Position numbers and translations under genes: made by a program. DNA of 64,000 nt from Octopus vulgaris (taxonomy: Eukaryota): contig OX597817.1 in NCBI GenBank assembly GCA_951406725.2, positions 102,610,001 to 102,674,000 on the forward strand, read 5' to 3'. Shown here piece after piece: positions 1-11,746 of the stretch. Within the stretch, counting starts at the first letter, position 1; every line of letters begins with the position of its first letter. The notes under the pieces are model-generated. The model had not been told where the DNA came from and made no database searches. It was given only the letters and a program-made list of their open reading frames with translations.

Positions 1-867
1 GTATAAGAGAGTATGTATGTGCGTGTGAATGAGGGCTGGTGGTCTGGACGTGTGTATGTATGTGTAGGTGTGAAAATGTGGGGATGGTGTGTGGGTTGTG
101 TGTTGTGATATAATGTGTAATGTTGTATGGTGTAGTGTGGTGTGGTGTGATGTTGAGAGGTGGGGGAGGCAGAGTGGGGAAAGCACGGGTGGGCTGTGGG
201 TTCGGCTGAGGGCTGGGGTTTATGGGTAGGCAGAGGGTGGGGATAGAGGTGGGGTATGTGGAAGAGGGTGTGTGGTGTGGGATGGGAAGTTTAGGGAAGG
301 TGGAGTAGGAATGTGCAGGGGTGGGGTGGGCTTATGGGGAGGGGAAGGTGGGTATGTGAAGAGAGAGAGGAGGAGAGAAGCGAGAAAGAGAGTAAGAGAG
401 AAGAAAGAAAGAGAGGGGGAATGAGTAAGAGAGAAGAGAGAAAGAGAATAAGAGAGAAGGGAGAAAGAGGGAAGAGAGAAAGAGAGTAAGAAAGAAGAGG
501 GAAAGAGGGGAGAGAAAGAGAGAAAGAGCGAAGGAGAGTGAGAAGAGAGAAAGAGAAAAGAGAGAAAGAGAGTAAGAGAGAAGAGGGAAAGAGAGTAGGG
601 GTGAAGAGAAATAGGAGTGAAGAAAAGGAGGAGTCGGAGCAAGAGAGGAAAGTTGGGTGGCAGGAAGTAGGAGGGAGGGAGAGAGAGAGGAGAGAAAGAG
701 CGTAAGAGAGAAGAGAGAAAAAGAGAAGAGAGAAAGAGAGTAAGAGAGAAGAGGGAAAGAGAATAGGGGTGAAGAGAAGTAGGAGTGAAGAGAAGTAGGA
801 GTTGGGGCAATAGAGGAGAGTTGGGTGGGAGGAAGTGGGGGAGGAGGAGAGAGGCAAGGGGAGGAGG
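1..867 (-). repeat. Low-complexity GT/GA-rich tract, probably the 3' trailer of the adjacent Penelope-like fragment; includes a ~168-bp imperfect tandem duplication (~563-730 / ~731-860)
   Basis: Nearly pure purine + strand at 360-870; the unit gagaaagagagtaagagagaagagggaaagag...ggggtgaagagaa.taggagtgaaga recurs at ~563 and ~731; lies directly downstream of the GIY-YIG stop on the minus strand. Confidence 0.7.
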
Positions 868-1490
868 TTAGAGGAAGAGGGAAGGAGAGTTGAGCCCAAA
901 TGACGTAAAGGAGCGAAGAGAGAAGATTAATCCCTGTTCAGGGCGCAAACGGGAGTCAGGATGGTCTCTGTGCAAGGATAATCCGAACACTGACAGGTGT
1001 TGCAAAGAGTGACCGGTAGAGCGGAAATGGCGTGAGATCGGGGTGTCATTGCCGAGGCGGATGTCTCGGAGGTGTTCCACGAACCGGTCAGCCAAGCGGC
1101 GTCCCGTTTGTCCGATGTACAGAAAATGGCAGAGAGAGCAGGAGATGCAACAGATGATATTGCTGGAGGTGCAGGTGAAGGAGTCGGTGATGCGATAGGG
1201 TCGATGATGGGTGCCGATAAGGAGAGTGGTGTTGGAGAGGTAAGGGCAAGTGCGGCAGCGTGGGCGGGAGCAGGGGAACAAGCCAGGTTGGGAGGTAGGG
1301 TTGGGGAAGAAGCTGTGGACCAAGAGGTCTTGTAGGTTGTGGGCTCGTTTGAAGGCGGGAAGAGGTCGGTTAGGGAAGATGTGTGATTTGGACGGGTCGG
1401 ACTATGATGCTGGAAAGCTCGGAGAATGGTGCGTTGGAGAGGTAGGGTGGTGGGATGGTAGGTGAGGGGAAAAGGGAGGCGAACTAGGAA
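868..1490 (-). mobile_element. 5'-truncated Penelope-like element: linker plus GIY-YIG endonuclease remnant
   Basis: ORF 868-1323: CSRPRCRTC linker finger, CTSSNIICCISCSLCHFLYIGQTGRRLADRFVEH...SRHF...EQGLIFSL...GLN; frameshifted upstream remnants PLTYHP and FKRAHNLQDLLVHS are typical PLE post-RT linker motifs. Confidence 0.85.
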
Positions 1491-1499
1491 CCCTTACCA

Positions 1500-2879
1500 C
1501 ATCATTCCCAGAACCATTCACTTCTAAATCTTCCGTAAACAACTGCCACATACAAAACGGAACCCAAAACTGCCATTATTCCTTCCGTGAGAGGATGTGT
1601 TTGTGAGAAGACTGTCTTTTCACTCACCTCCCACGTACTAGACGTATCAACTATGGAACATCCATGAACAGACAACCACATCACACTCCTCTTACACAAG
1701 CAAAACGGAATCCTAATATCTGCTGCTACTCTCTTCATGAGAGAATATGTTTGCAACAAAGCTGCCCTTTTACCTACCTACCGGAAACTAGACAGTCCAT
1801 TAGTAAATATAGTGACACTAAGAAAAGTGGTAATACTGTGAGTGCTCCACCCAACAGATGCAACCACGCCAAACCTGCTCCTTATCCCAACTCCAAACAG
1901 TCCAATCACCACAATAACTGTATCGCTTACTACGGCAAAAATGGTTCCTTTCCTCCACATAAACCGAGGAACAGAAAACCAAGCCGAAAAAGCAAATGCA
2001 ATAATAAAATTTTTTGCAGCCGCATCCAGCAGTGCAACAGCTGCAGTGACTCAAGGAACCAAACTTCTCTTTTAGCCATGTTAAATCTGGCGAAAGAAAT
2101 CCAGAAAAGTATTCAACCTCTACTGCCAACCCAAGGCGAAAAACACTCTTGCTACTGTCACTGAGTAGCAATAACAACAACAAATATGATGTGCGGATCC
2201 TGAAAAAACGCAGCGAAGCTGCTGCCTTAACAACAACATTCCTCCTTAATGCCTAAGGTATCAACCCAGCCATCAAGGCTTAAAAATGGAAAATACCCTA
2301 CATTGAGGGATGGATTGCAGCACACCCACATCCAATCCTTTGATTTGTCCTAACTGAGACCAACCTAAACGAGCGTCATTTAGAGGGCTGGTCGAAGAAG
2401 GGGTGGAGTTGCTTCCTCCATGATTCTTTCAGCGCAGATGCCAAGGACATGTTCTCCAAAGGCTACTGCAAATTAGTCTCTGTACAGAACAATAGTAACG
2501 ACCTGTCTGTGATTGGGCTCTACAGACCCCCACAAGCACCCTTACACTATATCCAAGAGTGCCTCGAGAAGATCAACTCTTTCCTCCTGCAATGTAACCC
2601 AGGAAATATTTTGATGATGGGCGACTTCAACCTACCCTCTGTAGATTGGTCCACTAATATTTTTAGATCAAGAACCTTCACCTCAAGCTCAGACAAAGAA
2701 GCAGTGGAATTACTTTTTAAATTTATGGATATTTTTTCCTCTCACATATCGTCCATGAACCAACCAGAAGCAACCAATGTGTCTTGGACCTATTGCTAAG
2801 TAACCATGCTAACACAATTCACAACATCACAGTGGAAATGACCCTCCTGTCCGATCAAGACTTAGTACTCTGTAACTAA

Positions 2880-2880
<1 letters not shown>
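1500..2880 (+). mobile_element. Degraded CR1-group LINE, 5' half: ORF1 remnant with two CCCH-like fingers plus APE endonuclease remnant
   Basis: In-frame CHYSFRERMCL*EDCLFTH (1571-) and CCYSLHERICLQQSCPFTY; ORF 2449-2799 has GLYRPPQ and ILMMGDFNLPSVDW; a shifted frame gives EPTRSNQCVLDLLL...LSDQDLV (APE/EEP motifs). Confidence 0.8.
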
Positions 2881-2912
<32 letters not shown>

Positions 2913-2917
<5 letters not shown>

Positions 2918-3053
2918 TTAGATTGGTTTTAGCCATTATCGGCCCAGGCCATGACTAACTCAATAGCACCACCTGGATATATATAAATAAAACTTAGATT
3001 GGTTTTAGCCATTATCGGCCCAGGCCATGCCTAACTCAATAGCACCACCTGGA
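2913..3053 (-). repeat. Tandem duplication of a ~64-bp LINE 3'-terminal unit
   Basis: aaaacttagattggttttagccattatcggcccaggccatg(a/c)ctaactcaatagcaccacctgg at ~2913-2976 and ~2989-3052, separated by a short TA-rich spacer. Confidence 0.9.
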
Positions 3054-3595
3054 AAAGTCTTGTAGTTAATTATTTCGGGACACCATGGACCACTCAAGCA
3101 GAGTGTTGTTGTTGGTTGAGACGTATCCAGATGTTGGTGGTTTATCCGGTGTTTCCTTTGAAAGTTGTGGCGTCTTTTTCTACTTTAATTTCTTTCGGGA
3201 TAACATTGAAAAGAGCAGTGAAGAAATTGTGTCGCAATGTTCTTAAGTGATGTGATCTCGACTTTTGTAGGGGACGCATTGCACGGGGGTCTAGTCTTGG
3301 GTGAATTGTAAACATAATGCCGATATCATTTGGATAATATTGGTGGAATATTTTCCACATGGTGCAAATATCGTATCGCTCACGGCGGCGTTGCAGAGAA
3401 TAGAGTTTCAGCTGTTTAGGTAAAGCCCAATAATCAAGTCCCATCATGTCATTTATTTTTTTAGTGATTGATCTTTGTGGGGCTTCGATCCTCTTTATGT
3501 CTTGTTTTTTGTAGGGGGACCACAATGGGCAGCAGTATTCGAGGTTGGGGCCTAGCGAATGTGTAGAAGAGAAGGATGATGGTTTCATGATCCCT
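2913..3595 (-). mobile_element. 3' end of a CR1-group LINE (post-RT C-terminus and 3' UTR), embedded in (TA)n
   Basis: PNLEYCCPLWSPYKKQDIKRIEAPQRSITKKI...LDYW...LKLYSLQRRRERYD, the conserved CR1/L2-group ORF2 C-terminal signature; (TA)n on both sides. Confidence 0.85.
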
Positions 3596-3613
3596 AGATA
3601 TATATATATATAA

Positions 3614-3687
<74 letters not shown>

Positions 3688-3689
<2 letters not shown>

Positions 3690-3986
3690 TGAGACCCCCT
3701 TTGGTCATGACTGACCATGGGATTGCACCTAGAAAGTTACCCTCCCAAGCACAAGTCCGGTCAAGGTTGTTTATGGAAGACCAGCAGTCACCCATGCATA
3801 CTGGCCTCCCCTCTCCACGCCACCAGTGTTATCCAAGGGAAAGGCAAAGGCCGATACAGCTTGGCACCTGTGACGTCGCAACTCATTTCTACAACTGAGT
3901 GAACTGGAGCAACGTGAAATAAAGTGTCTTGCTCAAGAACACAACACGCAGTCCGGTCCAGGATTCGAACTCACAACCTCACGATC

Positions 3987-3988
<2 letters not shown>
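3688..3988 (-). mobile_element. tRNA-derived SINE, family C (CORE-like central domain)
   Basis: Minus strand has B-box GTGAGTTCGAATCC followed by gtgttgtgttcttgagcaagacactttatttcacgttgctccagttcactcag; related copies near 20035, 22125, 40080 and 63890. Confidence 0.8.
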
Positions 3989-4076
<88 letters not shown>

Positions 4077-4093
4077 ACAAACACACATATATA

Positions 4094-4134
<41 letters not shown>

Positions 4135-4371
4135 ATAACTAGTTTTAAATCTGAGCGAGATATATACATATATTAAAATAAATACATATTTCTCTGTGTC
4201 ACGTTCGCATGTTTTCAAACTAAGCCAATTCTTAGAAAACAGCTTGGAATCAGAAGGAATTCAAATTTATCATGATTCTTTTCAACCGCCACAGTGAAAT
4301 CGCAAGTGACAAAGTGCAAGGAAATGTACTACGGGGTGCATCCAGGTAAAAATGTTAAACCGCGATCAGAG

Positions 4372-4533
4372 CTTTTGGCACAAGGCCAGCAATTACGTGG
4401 GCGTGGATATCGATTACATTGACCCCAGAAGGATGAAAGGAAAAGTCGACTCCGGCGGAATTTGAAATCAGAACGTAAAGAGGGACGAAATACGCTAATC
4501 TTGTTATCCGGCGCGACAACGATTCTGCTAGCT
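4372..4533 (-). mobile_element. SINE family A copy
   Basis: Reverse complement of the recurrent ...ttacgttctgagttcaaattccgccgaggtcgactttgcctttcatcctttcggggtcgat... body. Confidence 0.75.
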
Positions 4534-4549
4534 TTTATCTTGAATATAT

Positions 4550-4890
4550 TTCAGTCATTAGACTGCGACCATACTGGGCAACGCCATGAAGAACTTTAGT
4601 TGACTTCAACACTTGTTTTTTTAAGCCAAGTACTTATTCTAGCGTCCTCTTCCGTCGAACTGTAAAGTTACGGGAATGTAAACACACAAACATGTAGCTA
4701 TATACATGCATATATATATATATACACTCACACGACAGGCTTCTTTCAGTTTTCGTCGACCAAATCCACTCACAAGTTTTTGGTTGCCCCGAGGCTATAG
4801 TAAAAGACTCTCGCCCAAGGTGCCATGATGTGAGACTGAACCGAAAACCGTGTGCTTGGGAAGCAAGCTTCTCACCACACAGCCACGCCT
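4550..4890 (-). mobile_element. SINE family B copy (tRNA head, internal AT/GT microsatellite)
   Basis: Matches the reverse complement of the intact copy at 60233-60720. Confidence 0.8.
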
Positions 4891-5749
4891 TCACCTTATA
4901 TATTAAATATATATTAGCTGAAATACGATCGAGTTCCTGCAAAGAGGATGATTAATAGAACACAAGGAACTTCATCGGTGGGAATGCAAATGAAAATAAT
5001 AAAAAAAAATTACCTATATTTTATGCATCCACGGCAGAGATAACCGAAACCAGGCGACAAAAGTTGAAATGTTACAGAATTCAAATCTCCTTCTTTTGTG
5101 TGTAAATAACTACTACAGTGTGCACCAACAAGCAAAACTTCAACATTAATGGAAGCTTTAAATATATATGTAATATACGATAATGTTTTAATGTTATAAT
5201 GCAGCCGCGAAATGATTGAAGAACAATTAATTAAATATTAAACCGGCCAATTTATTTTGTTGTTACAAAGTTGAAGATAATTATAATATTAGTCGTTACA
5301 ACATATAAAATTTGCAACTGCGTCGAGTTGCCTGTATATACACGTTCTTTTGTGGATGCAGTAAAATATTTGTCTCTGGTTCCATGGTCAATGTGTATGG
5401 GACCTAGTTTTATCCCTGTGCTGCTAAAAGGATACATTAAGAGGTCTACTTTTGCACGCGTTAATCAGCACACTGACAGGTTTGCTCTCTCTATCCACAG
5501 ACAATTGGCCAAAGAGAGGAAGATAGTTATTTGTATGTTTTAATAACTTGCTAGAACAATAGGGTTTTTCGTACTTAATCAGAATTGAACGAAGAATGCC
5601 CCGAGAAAGATTTAAAAAACCATCACATTCCCATTAACCACTGAGTACAAAAAAGCTGAGATAATAGATCAAGGACTTGTCTGACAATATAGAAAAATGT
5701 GGATTTGGTTTCGAATCTTAGCTTAGGCATTCTGGAGCTATTCGCTGCT

Positions 5750-5997
5750 TTTTTACTTGTTTCAGTCATTTTGCCTGGGGCCATGCTGGAGCACAGTCTT
5801 AAAGGACTTTTAGTTGAAGCAATCGACCCCAGAACCTATTCGTTGTAAGCTTAGTACATATTCTATCGAATTATTTTGCCGAACTGCTAAGTTACTCAGA
5901 TGTAAACATACCAGCATCGGTTGTCAAGTAATGGTGTAGAGGGGGACAAACACAGGCACAAAGACACACACACATAAATATATACATATACATACAC

Positions 5998-6057
<60 letters not shown>

Positions 6058-7180
6058 GGCAGTTTGTCTGTCTGTGTGTCTGTCAGGTTGTACCCTCACC
6101 CTGACCACGGCTTTCAACCGATTCTGATGAAACTTGACACACACATAGCCCAACGTCACAATTCAAAACTAACGCAGCGAAAATTTTGAAAAGTTCCCCC
6201 AGTTCTGAAAAAAATCGATAAATTCGACATGGGGTCGAGAATCTAAGCGTTTTATATGCAACACATTTTCTGTTGTAGTTTTCGCAACTTACAATCGATT
6301 TTCACCAAACTCATGGTGAAGCTTAATGTTACCCTAAGAAACTTAATTCTGACGTTAGTTTTCCATGCAATACCTTACCATCAGAAAAAATCGGTAAAAT
6401 CATGCCATTTTGGGAAATCGCGTTCAAATTCAAGATGGTATATTTTCGACAATATCTTTCACAAATTGGCAGGAATTTTTTTTGAAATTCACAGCGAGCA
6501 TCATGTCTGCTCCAAGGAGCTATATGGCCCTTTTTATTCCAATAGGATACTTTATTACTGGAAAAAATCGGTTAATTAAATCATATGTGGCACACATAGC
6601 AAACCGATTTGTATATTAAACACAAACCACAGACTGTCTAGGGGACGCAACTCGACCTTTTTAACTCTCGGAACACGTGGGGTAAGTATCCCAAAATGTA
6701 TAAAAATGTACAAAAACGGCAAAAAAGCGGGCAGCAATGTGAGTACCAACAACGAAAAAGTCAAAAGTGACCAAACTGAACAAACGAATGGAAAAGGTTT
6801 TTTGGTGCACACGACAAAAGCGGTTTATAATAAACCAAGAGTTTGCAAGTAACGTCCGAGGACCCTTAATGTACGTCAAAAATTTAAGGTAAAACGTTTG
6901 GGGTGGTAGTTATAAAGAAAGTATTCGAATAACTTGCGGCTGCAGCAGCTATTAGCAGAAGTGGCGGTGTTGGGGGTAAAGTTTCGAATGTAATTTCTTC
7001 CTGGTAGGAATTGGTTGGGTTGAATTATCGATAGCTGTTTGATAGTTATTTGGGAGTGAAGAGAAGACATTGCAACCTACACATGCGCCTTCGTTCCCTA
7101 GAGGGAAAGGACTAGATTGGGATTAGTCGTTGCCTACTAGGGGCTCTTACATACCCGGGCAACGCCAGGCTATGCTGCTA

Positions 7181-7224
<44 letters not shown>

Positions 7225-7370
7225 GACGAGCTTCTCTCAGTTTCTGTCAACCAAATTCATTCACAAGAATTTGGTCAACCCAAGTCTATAGTAGAAGACA
7301 CTTGCCCAAGATGCCACGGAACCATATGGTTGAGAAGCAAGCTTCTTACCACACAGCCACGCCTACGCCT
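5750..7370 (-). mobile_element. SINE family B copy split by a Helitron-like insertion (3' part ~5750-6000, head ~7222-7370)
   Basis: Both halves match 60233-60720 in register; the insertion sits inside the SINE's internal (TA)n. Confidence 0.8.
6050..7181 (+). mobile_element. Non-autonomous Helitron-like rolling-circle element
   Basis: 3' end acccgggcaacgccaggc hairpin followed by CTAG|T (7178-7182); 5' region has gtctgtctg repeats and aaccgattctgatgaaacttg typical of such elements; no TIR or TSD; flanked by (TA)n. Confidence 0.75.
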
Positions 7371-8574
7371 ATATATTACATATATATTTTATAAAATATT
7401 TGGTCTGTAATTTCGCTGACGCGAGAGATCACATGCAGTTGCATTTAGAACAATGTTTTTCTCTTTTTCAAAGCTCCAAGTAGAGACAGGGACAGCAACT
7501 GAATAATGTAGATTTCTTAGATATAGATGCATAGGAAACGGAAATCATTTAAAAGATTTTCTAATAATTTTATCCGTTTTCTCCATTTGAATTCCCTGCT
7601 TAATTCAAAATCTGGCAGAAGTTGTTAAATTCTTAAGAGAAAGATTGTAATTCCATAAACCATACATTACAGATCATCACGATATCATGGAGACCTTAAA
7701 ATTTAAAGGGAGTAGTTGCACAAAGTATTACGAAAAGAACTTCTTTAAACCTTTATTTAAAGCCTTGCCACTAGATCGGTGATAAACTACAACCAGGAAA
7801 ACACACACACACACACACACACGCACATACGCACAAACATACACGTGTGAGTGCAAGTGGGTATTTATTTGGTTGCTTATATACAAGTAGATATACTTTT
7901 ATATAAATCCATGAGCATTTACTTGCGTCTGTGTTAGTTAACTGAATGTATGTGAGTGTTTGTGTGTATATATGCGTGCTTTCTGTCTCGCCTCTACACA
8001 CGTACATAGCACACGTACGTACGTGTGTATATACGTATGTATGTATGTATGTATGTATGTATGTATGTATGTATGTATGTATGTATGTATGTATGTATTT
8101 ATACACACGTTTCCATAGATAAACATGTGAAAATGCCTTTCCTCTTACTGATTTGAATTTCACCAGTTAAGCACTTGTGAGTTTGTTCTCCATGTCATAT
8201 GTAGCCGTCATTCTACGCTCCAGATAATTTGGTTAGGTCAACTTATTTATTCAAGAATTCCTCATATATGTCGTAGTTGTTTTGGTTTGGCTTTAGTTGT
8301 TTTTTTATTTCCTTATCAATGCTTTGTTTGATTGGCATTTCACTGTTTCGATTCCACTCCATAGCGTGTTTTATCTACGTGTTTAGATATTATATATCTA
8401 AACAGATGAAAAGACTATTTTTACGTGTTATGTGTTCTCATAACTCCAATATATAGGAACCTACTCATGCATTTTTGAATTCTTTGAGCTTACTAGACAT
8501 TCAATATTTGTTCACTTGACAGATCATATATATGTTAAATTAACCGACGCAAATATGTGCTATTGTGTCTTCAT

Positions 8575-8990
8575 AGCGTAAGTGGCTATGTGGTAAGTGG
8601 TATAGGAGTGGTTGTGAGGTAAGTAGCTTGCTTACGAACTGCATGGTTCCGGGTTCAGTCCCACTACGTGGCACTTTGGGCAAGTGTCTTCTACTATAAC
8701 CTCGGGCCGACCAAAGCCTTGTAAGTGGATTTGGGAGACGGAAACTGAAAAACCCGTCGTATATATGTATATATATGTATGTGTGTGTATATGTTTGTGT
8801 GTCTGTGTTTGTCTCCGCAACATCGCTTGACAACCGATGATGGTGTGTTTACGTCCCCGTAACTTAGCGGTTCGGCAAAAGATACCGATAGAATAAGTAC
8901 TAGGCTTACACAATAAGTCCTGGGGTCGATTTGCTCGACTAAAGGCGGTGCTCCAGCATGGCCACAGTCAAATGAGTGAAACAAGAAAAA
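8575..8990 (+). mobile_element. SINE family B copy with a duplicated 5' head segment
   Basis: gtggctatgtggtaagt then ggagtggttgtgaggtaagtagcttgc...ggttcagtccc...cagtcaaatgagtgaaacaag. Confidence 0.85.
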
Positions 8991-9119
8991 AATGCGTATA
9001 CAACAAATAATTTATCAACACTTACATATCCGATTTAATATGTTAATTCCTGGAGTAGTTTACTCCGTTCGAAAAAGGAATGCATATATCAGCAGGCAGA
9101 CAGTATCTTATATAATTAT

Positions 9120-9330
9120 TTTTACTATAGCCACAAGACCTGGAATTTTAGGGGAGGGAGCAAGTCGATTATATCAACCCCATTGGTCAACTGCCACCTA
9201 CTTTATCGATTCCGAAAGGACGGAAGGCAAAATCGACCTCGGCGGAATTTAAACTCAAAACGTAAAGTAGAAAGAAATGTTGCTTAGCACTTTGTCCGGC
9301 GCGGTAACGATTTTGCCAGCTCGACGCCTT
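9120..9330 (-). mobile_element. SINE family A copy
   Basis: Reverse-complement match to family A body and head (gagctggcaaaatcgttaccgcgccggacaaa). Confidence 0.75.
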
Positions 9331-9704
9331 ATCGTATGTAGTGGTGCTAGATTTCACAAAGTATCCTATATTGTTCCATCTGTCTGTCTGTCTGTTTGTA
9401 TCTCTGTCTGTGTCTGTATCTATTAGTTTGCCTGTCTGTCTGTCTCTGTCTGTGTCTGTATCTATTTGTTTGTCTGTCTGTCTGTCTCTCTCTTTCTCTA
9501 TCAATTTATGTCTTCCTCGAAGATAGAAAGAGAGAGAGAAAATAAACAATATTATTCTTTATATTCAATGAATTATTTTCCCTTTAATTGTCTAAAAAAT
9601 CAAGAGAAGCTTGAAGAATCTCTCATTCCAATTTATAACAGTAGTTCTTAGAAATGACGAGTGAGGTTGGTAGAGTTGAGATATGGAAAATAAGAACAGT
9701 TCGG

Positions 9705-10589
9705 GGATCTTTTCAATTCTGAAGCCAGTTTTTTCAAATTTTTCCTACTGAACCAAACAATTTGAAACTTCGTATACTGGTAGAATGTGTCAAAAGTAAA
9801 CTTAATTGTAAACCAGAATGAAAACGGAATTGTAACTTCTAAGTTTAACGTTGTTTAATAATTAGAATTTTAACCAATGATATTCCGTCATTTGGCTTTA
9901 TTTTATTTACTCCGTCTCGACCACCAATTTGGTGACGTATTAAACATCTTAAATGTAAACAAGCCGCATGTCTCCGTGAAATCTCCTTCTAATTATTTAA
10001 CGTACTCATGTTTCCAGGATCCTATAGTCAGCCACCTTCTAATAACAATATTTAAAACTAGTTAATAAGCCACATGTATTAAATTGAAAATGTTTCCATT
10101 ATGTTAGTACTTGCTTTCGTTTGCTATTAAGTGGCATCTCAGTGACGAGGCTTCTAACAAGATTTCGTTTCTAAGCTAATGCGTTTCATTTCACTTATTG
10201 TATTTATTTGTGCAAAAGGCAAGAAATTTAATATTAAAAAAGCAAAGAGCTGGCAGAAACGTTAGCACGCCGGGCGAAATGCGTAGCCGTATTTCGTCTG
10301 CCGTTACGTTCTGTGTTTGTTTACAGTTTTCCGAACGTTAGTACGTCACAAAAGCGCTTTCTACGTCACACTAATAGAATGCAGTCAAGTTTTACACATG
10401 AAAACAAACAATCTGATTGGTTAAAATTCGCAGTTTTAATCTACGATTAAAGTCATAAAATAGATTTTTCTCAAATAAACTAGTTCCAACCTGTGTCTTG
10501 TTTTGCTAGACTCTATCAGCATACGAAGTTTCAGAATATTTAGTTAAGTAGAAAGATCTGTGGTCCTGGCTTCAGAATTGAAAAGATCC
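9705..10589. mobile_element. 885-bp non-autonomous TIR DNA transposon, Merlin-like termini
   Basis: Perfect 24-bp TIR GGATCTTTTCAATTCTGAAGCCAG / CTGGCTTCAGAATTGAAAAGATCC; perfect 8-bp TSD CAGTTCGG (9697-9704, 10590-10597); contains a SINE A head fragment (~10247-10316). The superfamily is inferred only from GG termini and the 8-bp TSD. Confidence 0.85.
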
Positions 10590-10961
10590 CAGTTCGGAAA
10601 TAATTGATGATACTTAATGAGATAACATCCACTGTTCAGTAAAAGGTGTTTTGAAGAAATAACGGCCAACAGCTTTGTAACTGCTTTGTAAACCTTAACA
10701 CCACCTGGCACCTCTGAATTGAATAACAACTTTATGTAAACTTGTAATAAGACAATATAATGAATGTCTTGTCTTGCAAAGAGAATTTGATAAACTTTAA
10801 ATGTGAAGATTCAAGAATGACAAGAAACCAACTTTATACGATCCAGCGAGTGGGCTCCTCTGTAGTCACTGACCTACTTGAAATAACAATCAAATGTCTT
10901 CAATTCACTCCTTGCCGTGATTTCATTTCGATTCTGTGTATTTAAAATTACATCGTCTAAG

Positions 10962-11679
10962 CAGTGACGGATCTACTATGAAACTAATGAAGCGTAAGCT
11001 TCAAGGCCCCTAATACTTGAGGGGCCCCTCTGATCAACTTAATTTTTTTTCATTCTGTCAATATTTTTGTTTTTGTATTTTGCCATGCAGACAGGGCCGA
11101 TAAAACGAAATAGACTAAGAAAAAAGTTATGTCTCTGCACCAGTCCCCTAAAAAAGGATGGTGCCAGTGAAACGACAAAGGAAGGTAAAATAAAAGCATG
11201 TATGTATGTATGTATGTATGTATGTATGTATGATAAAACGAGACAGATGAGTGACAACCTGGCCACTGGTGGTGGTGTAACACACCATACTAATCATATC
11301 TGTCGGGCATGTGGAAGAGAGTGTAATTCGGCAGGAGGACTTAAACGACATGCAAAGGTACATGAAGCCCAGTTACAACTACAGCCGGCTATTACCAGCA
11401 AAGGTTTTAGTTGCCAATTTTGTACAAGACATTGTAGATCTTTAGCTGGGCTAAAAAGTCATATTCGATCACAACACCAGTAACAGTTAAGCTTCGTGCA
11501 ATGGCCATACTCGATAACGAGGGGGCAGCCATAATGTATGTATGTATGTATGTATGTATGTATGCGTGTATGTGTGTGTATAAAGGTATATAGATAATAG
11601 ACTGAAAAAATAAGTTTTATTGTCTAGTTGAATTCCTATTTCCAGTGCGACTAACCAATAATGACCTCAAAACAAAGGG

Positions 11680-11746
<67 letters not shown>

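Noticed and set aside
220-899. 196-aa and 202-aa Leu/Ser/Phe-rich ORFs resembling membrane proteins
   Set aside because: Translations of a CT-rich low-complexity tract that lacks stops for compositional reasons
11067-11483. 138-aa ORF as a host C2H2 zinc-finger gene
   Set aside because: The N-terminal part runs through hAT sequence and an (ATGT)n repeat; the fingers match RTE LINE tails and lack TGEKP linkers
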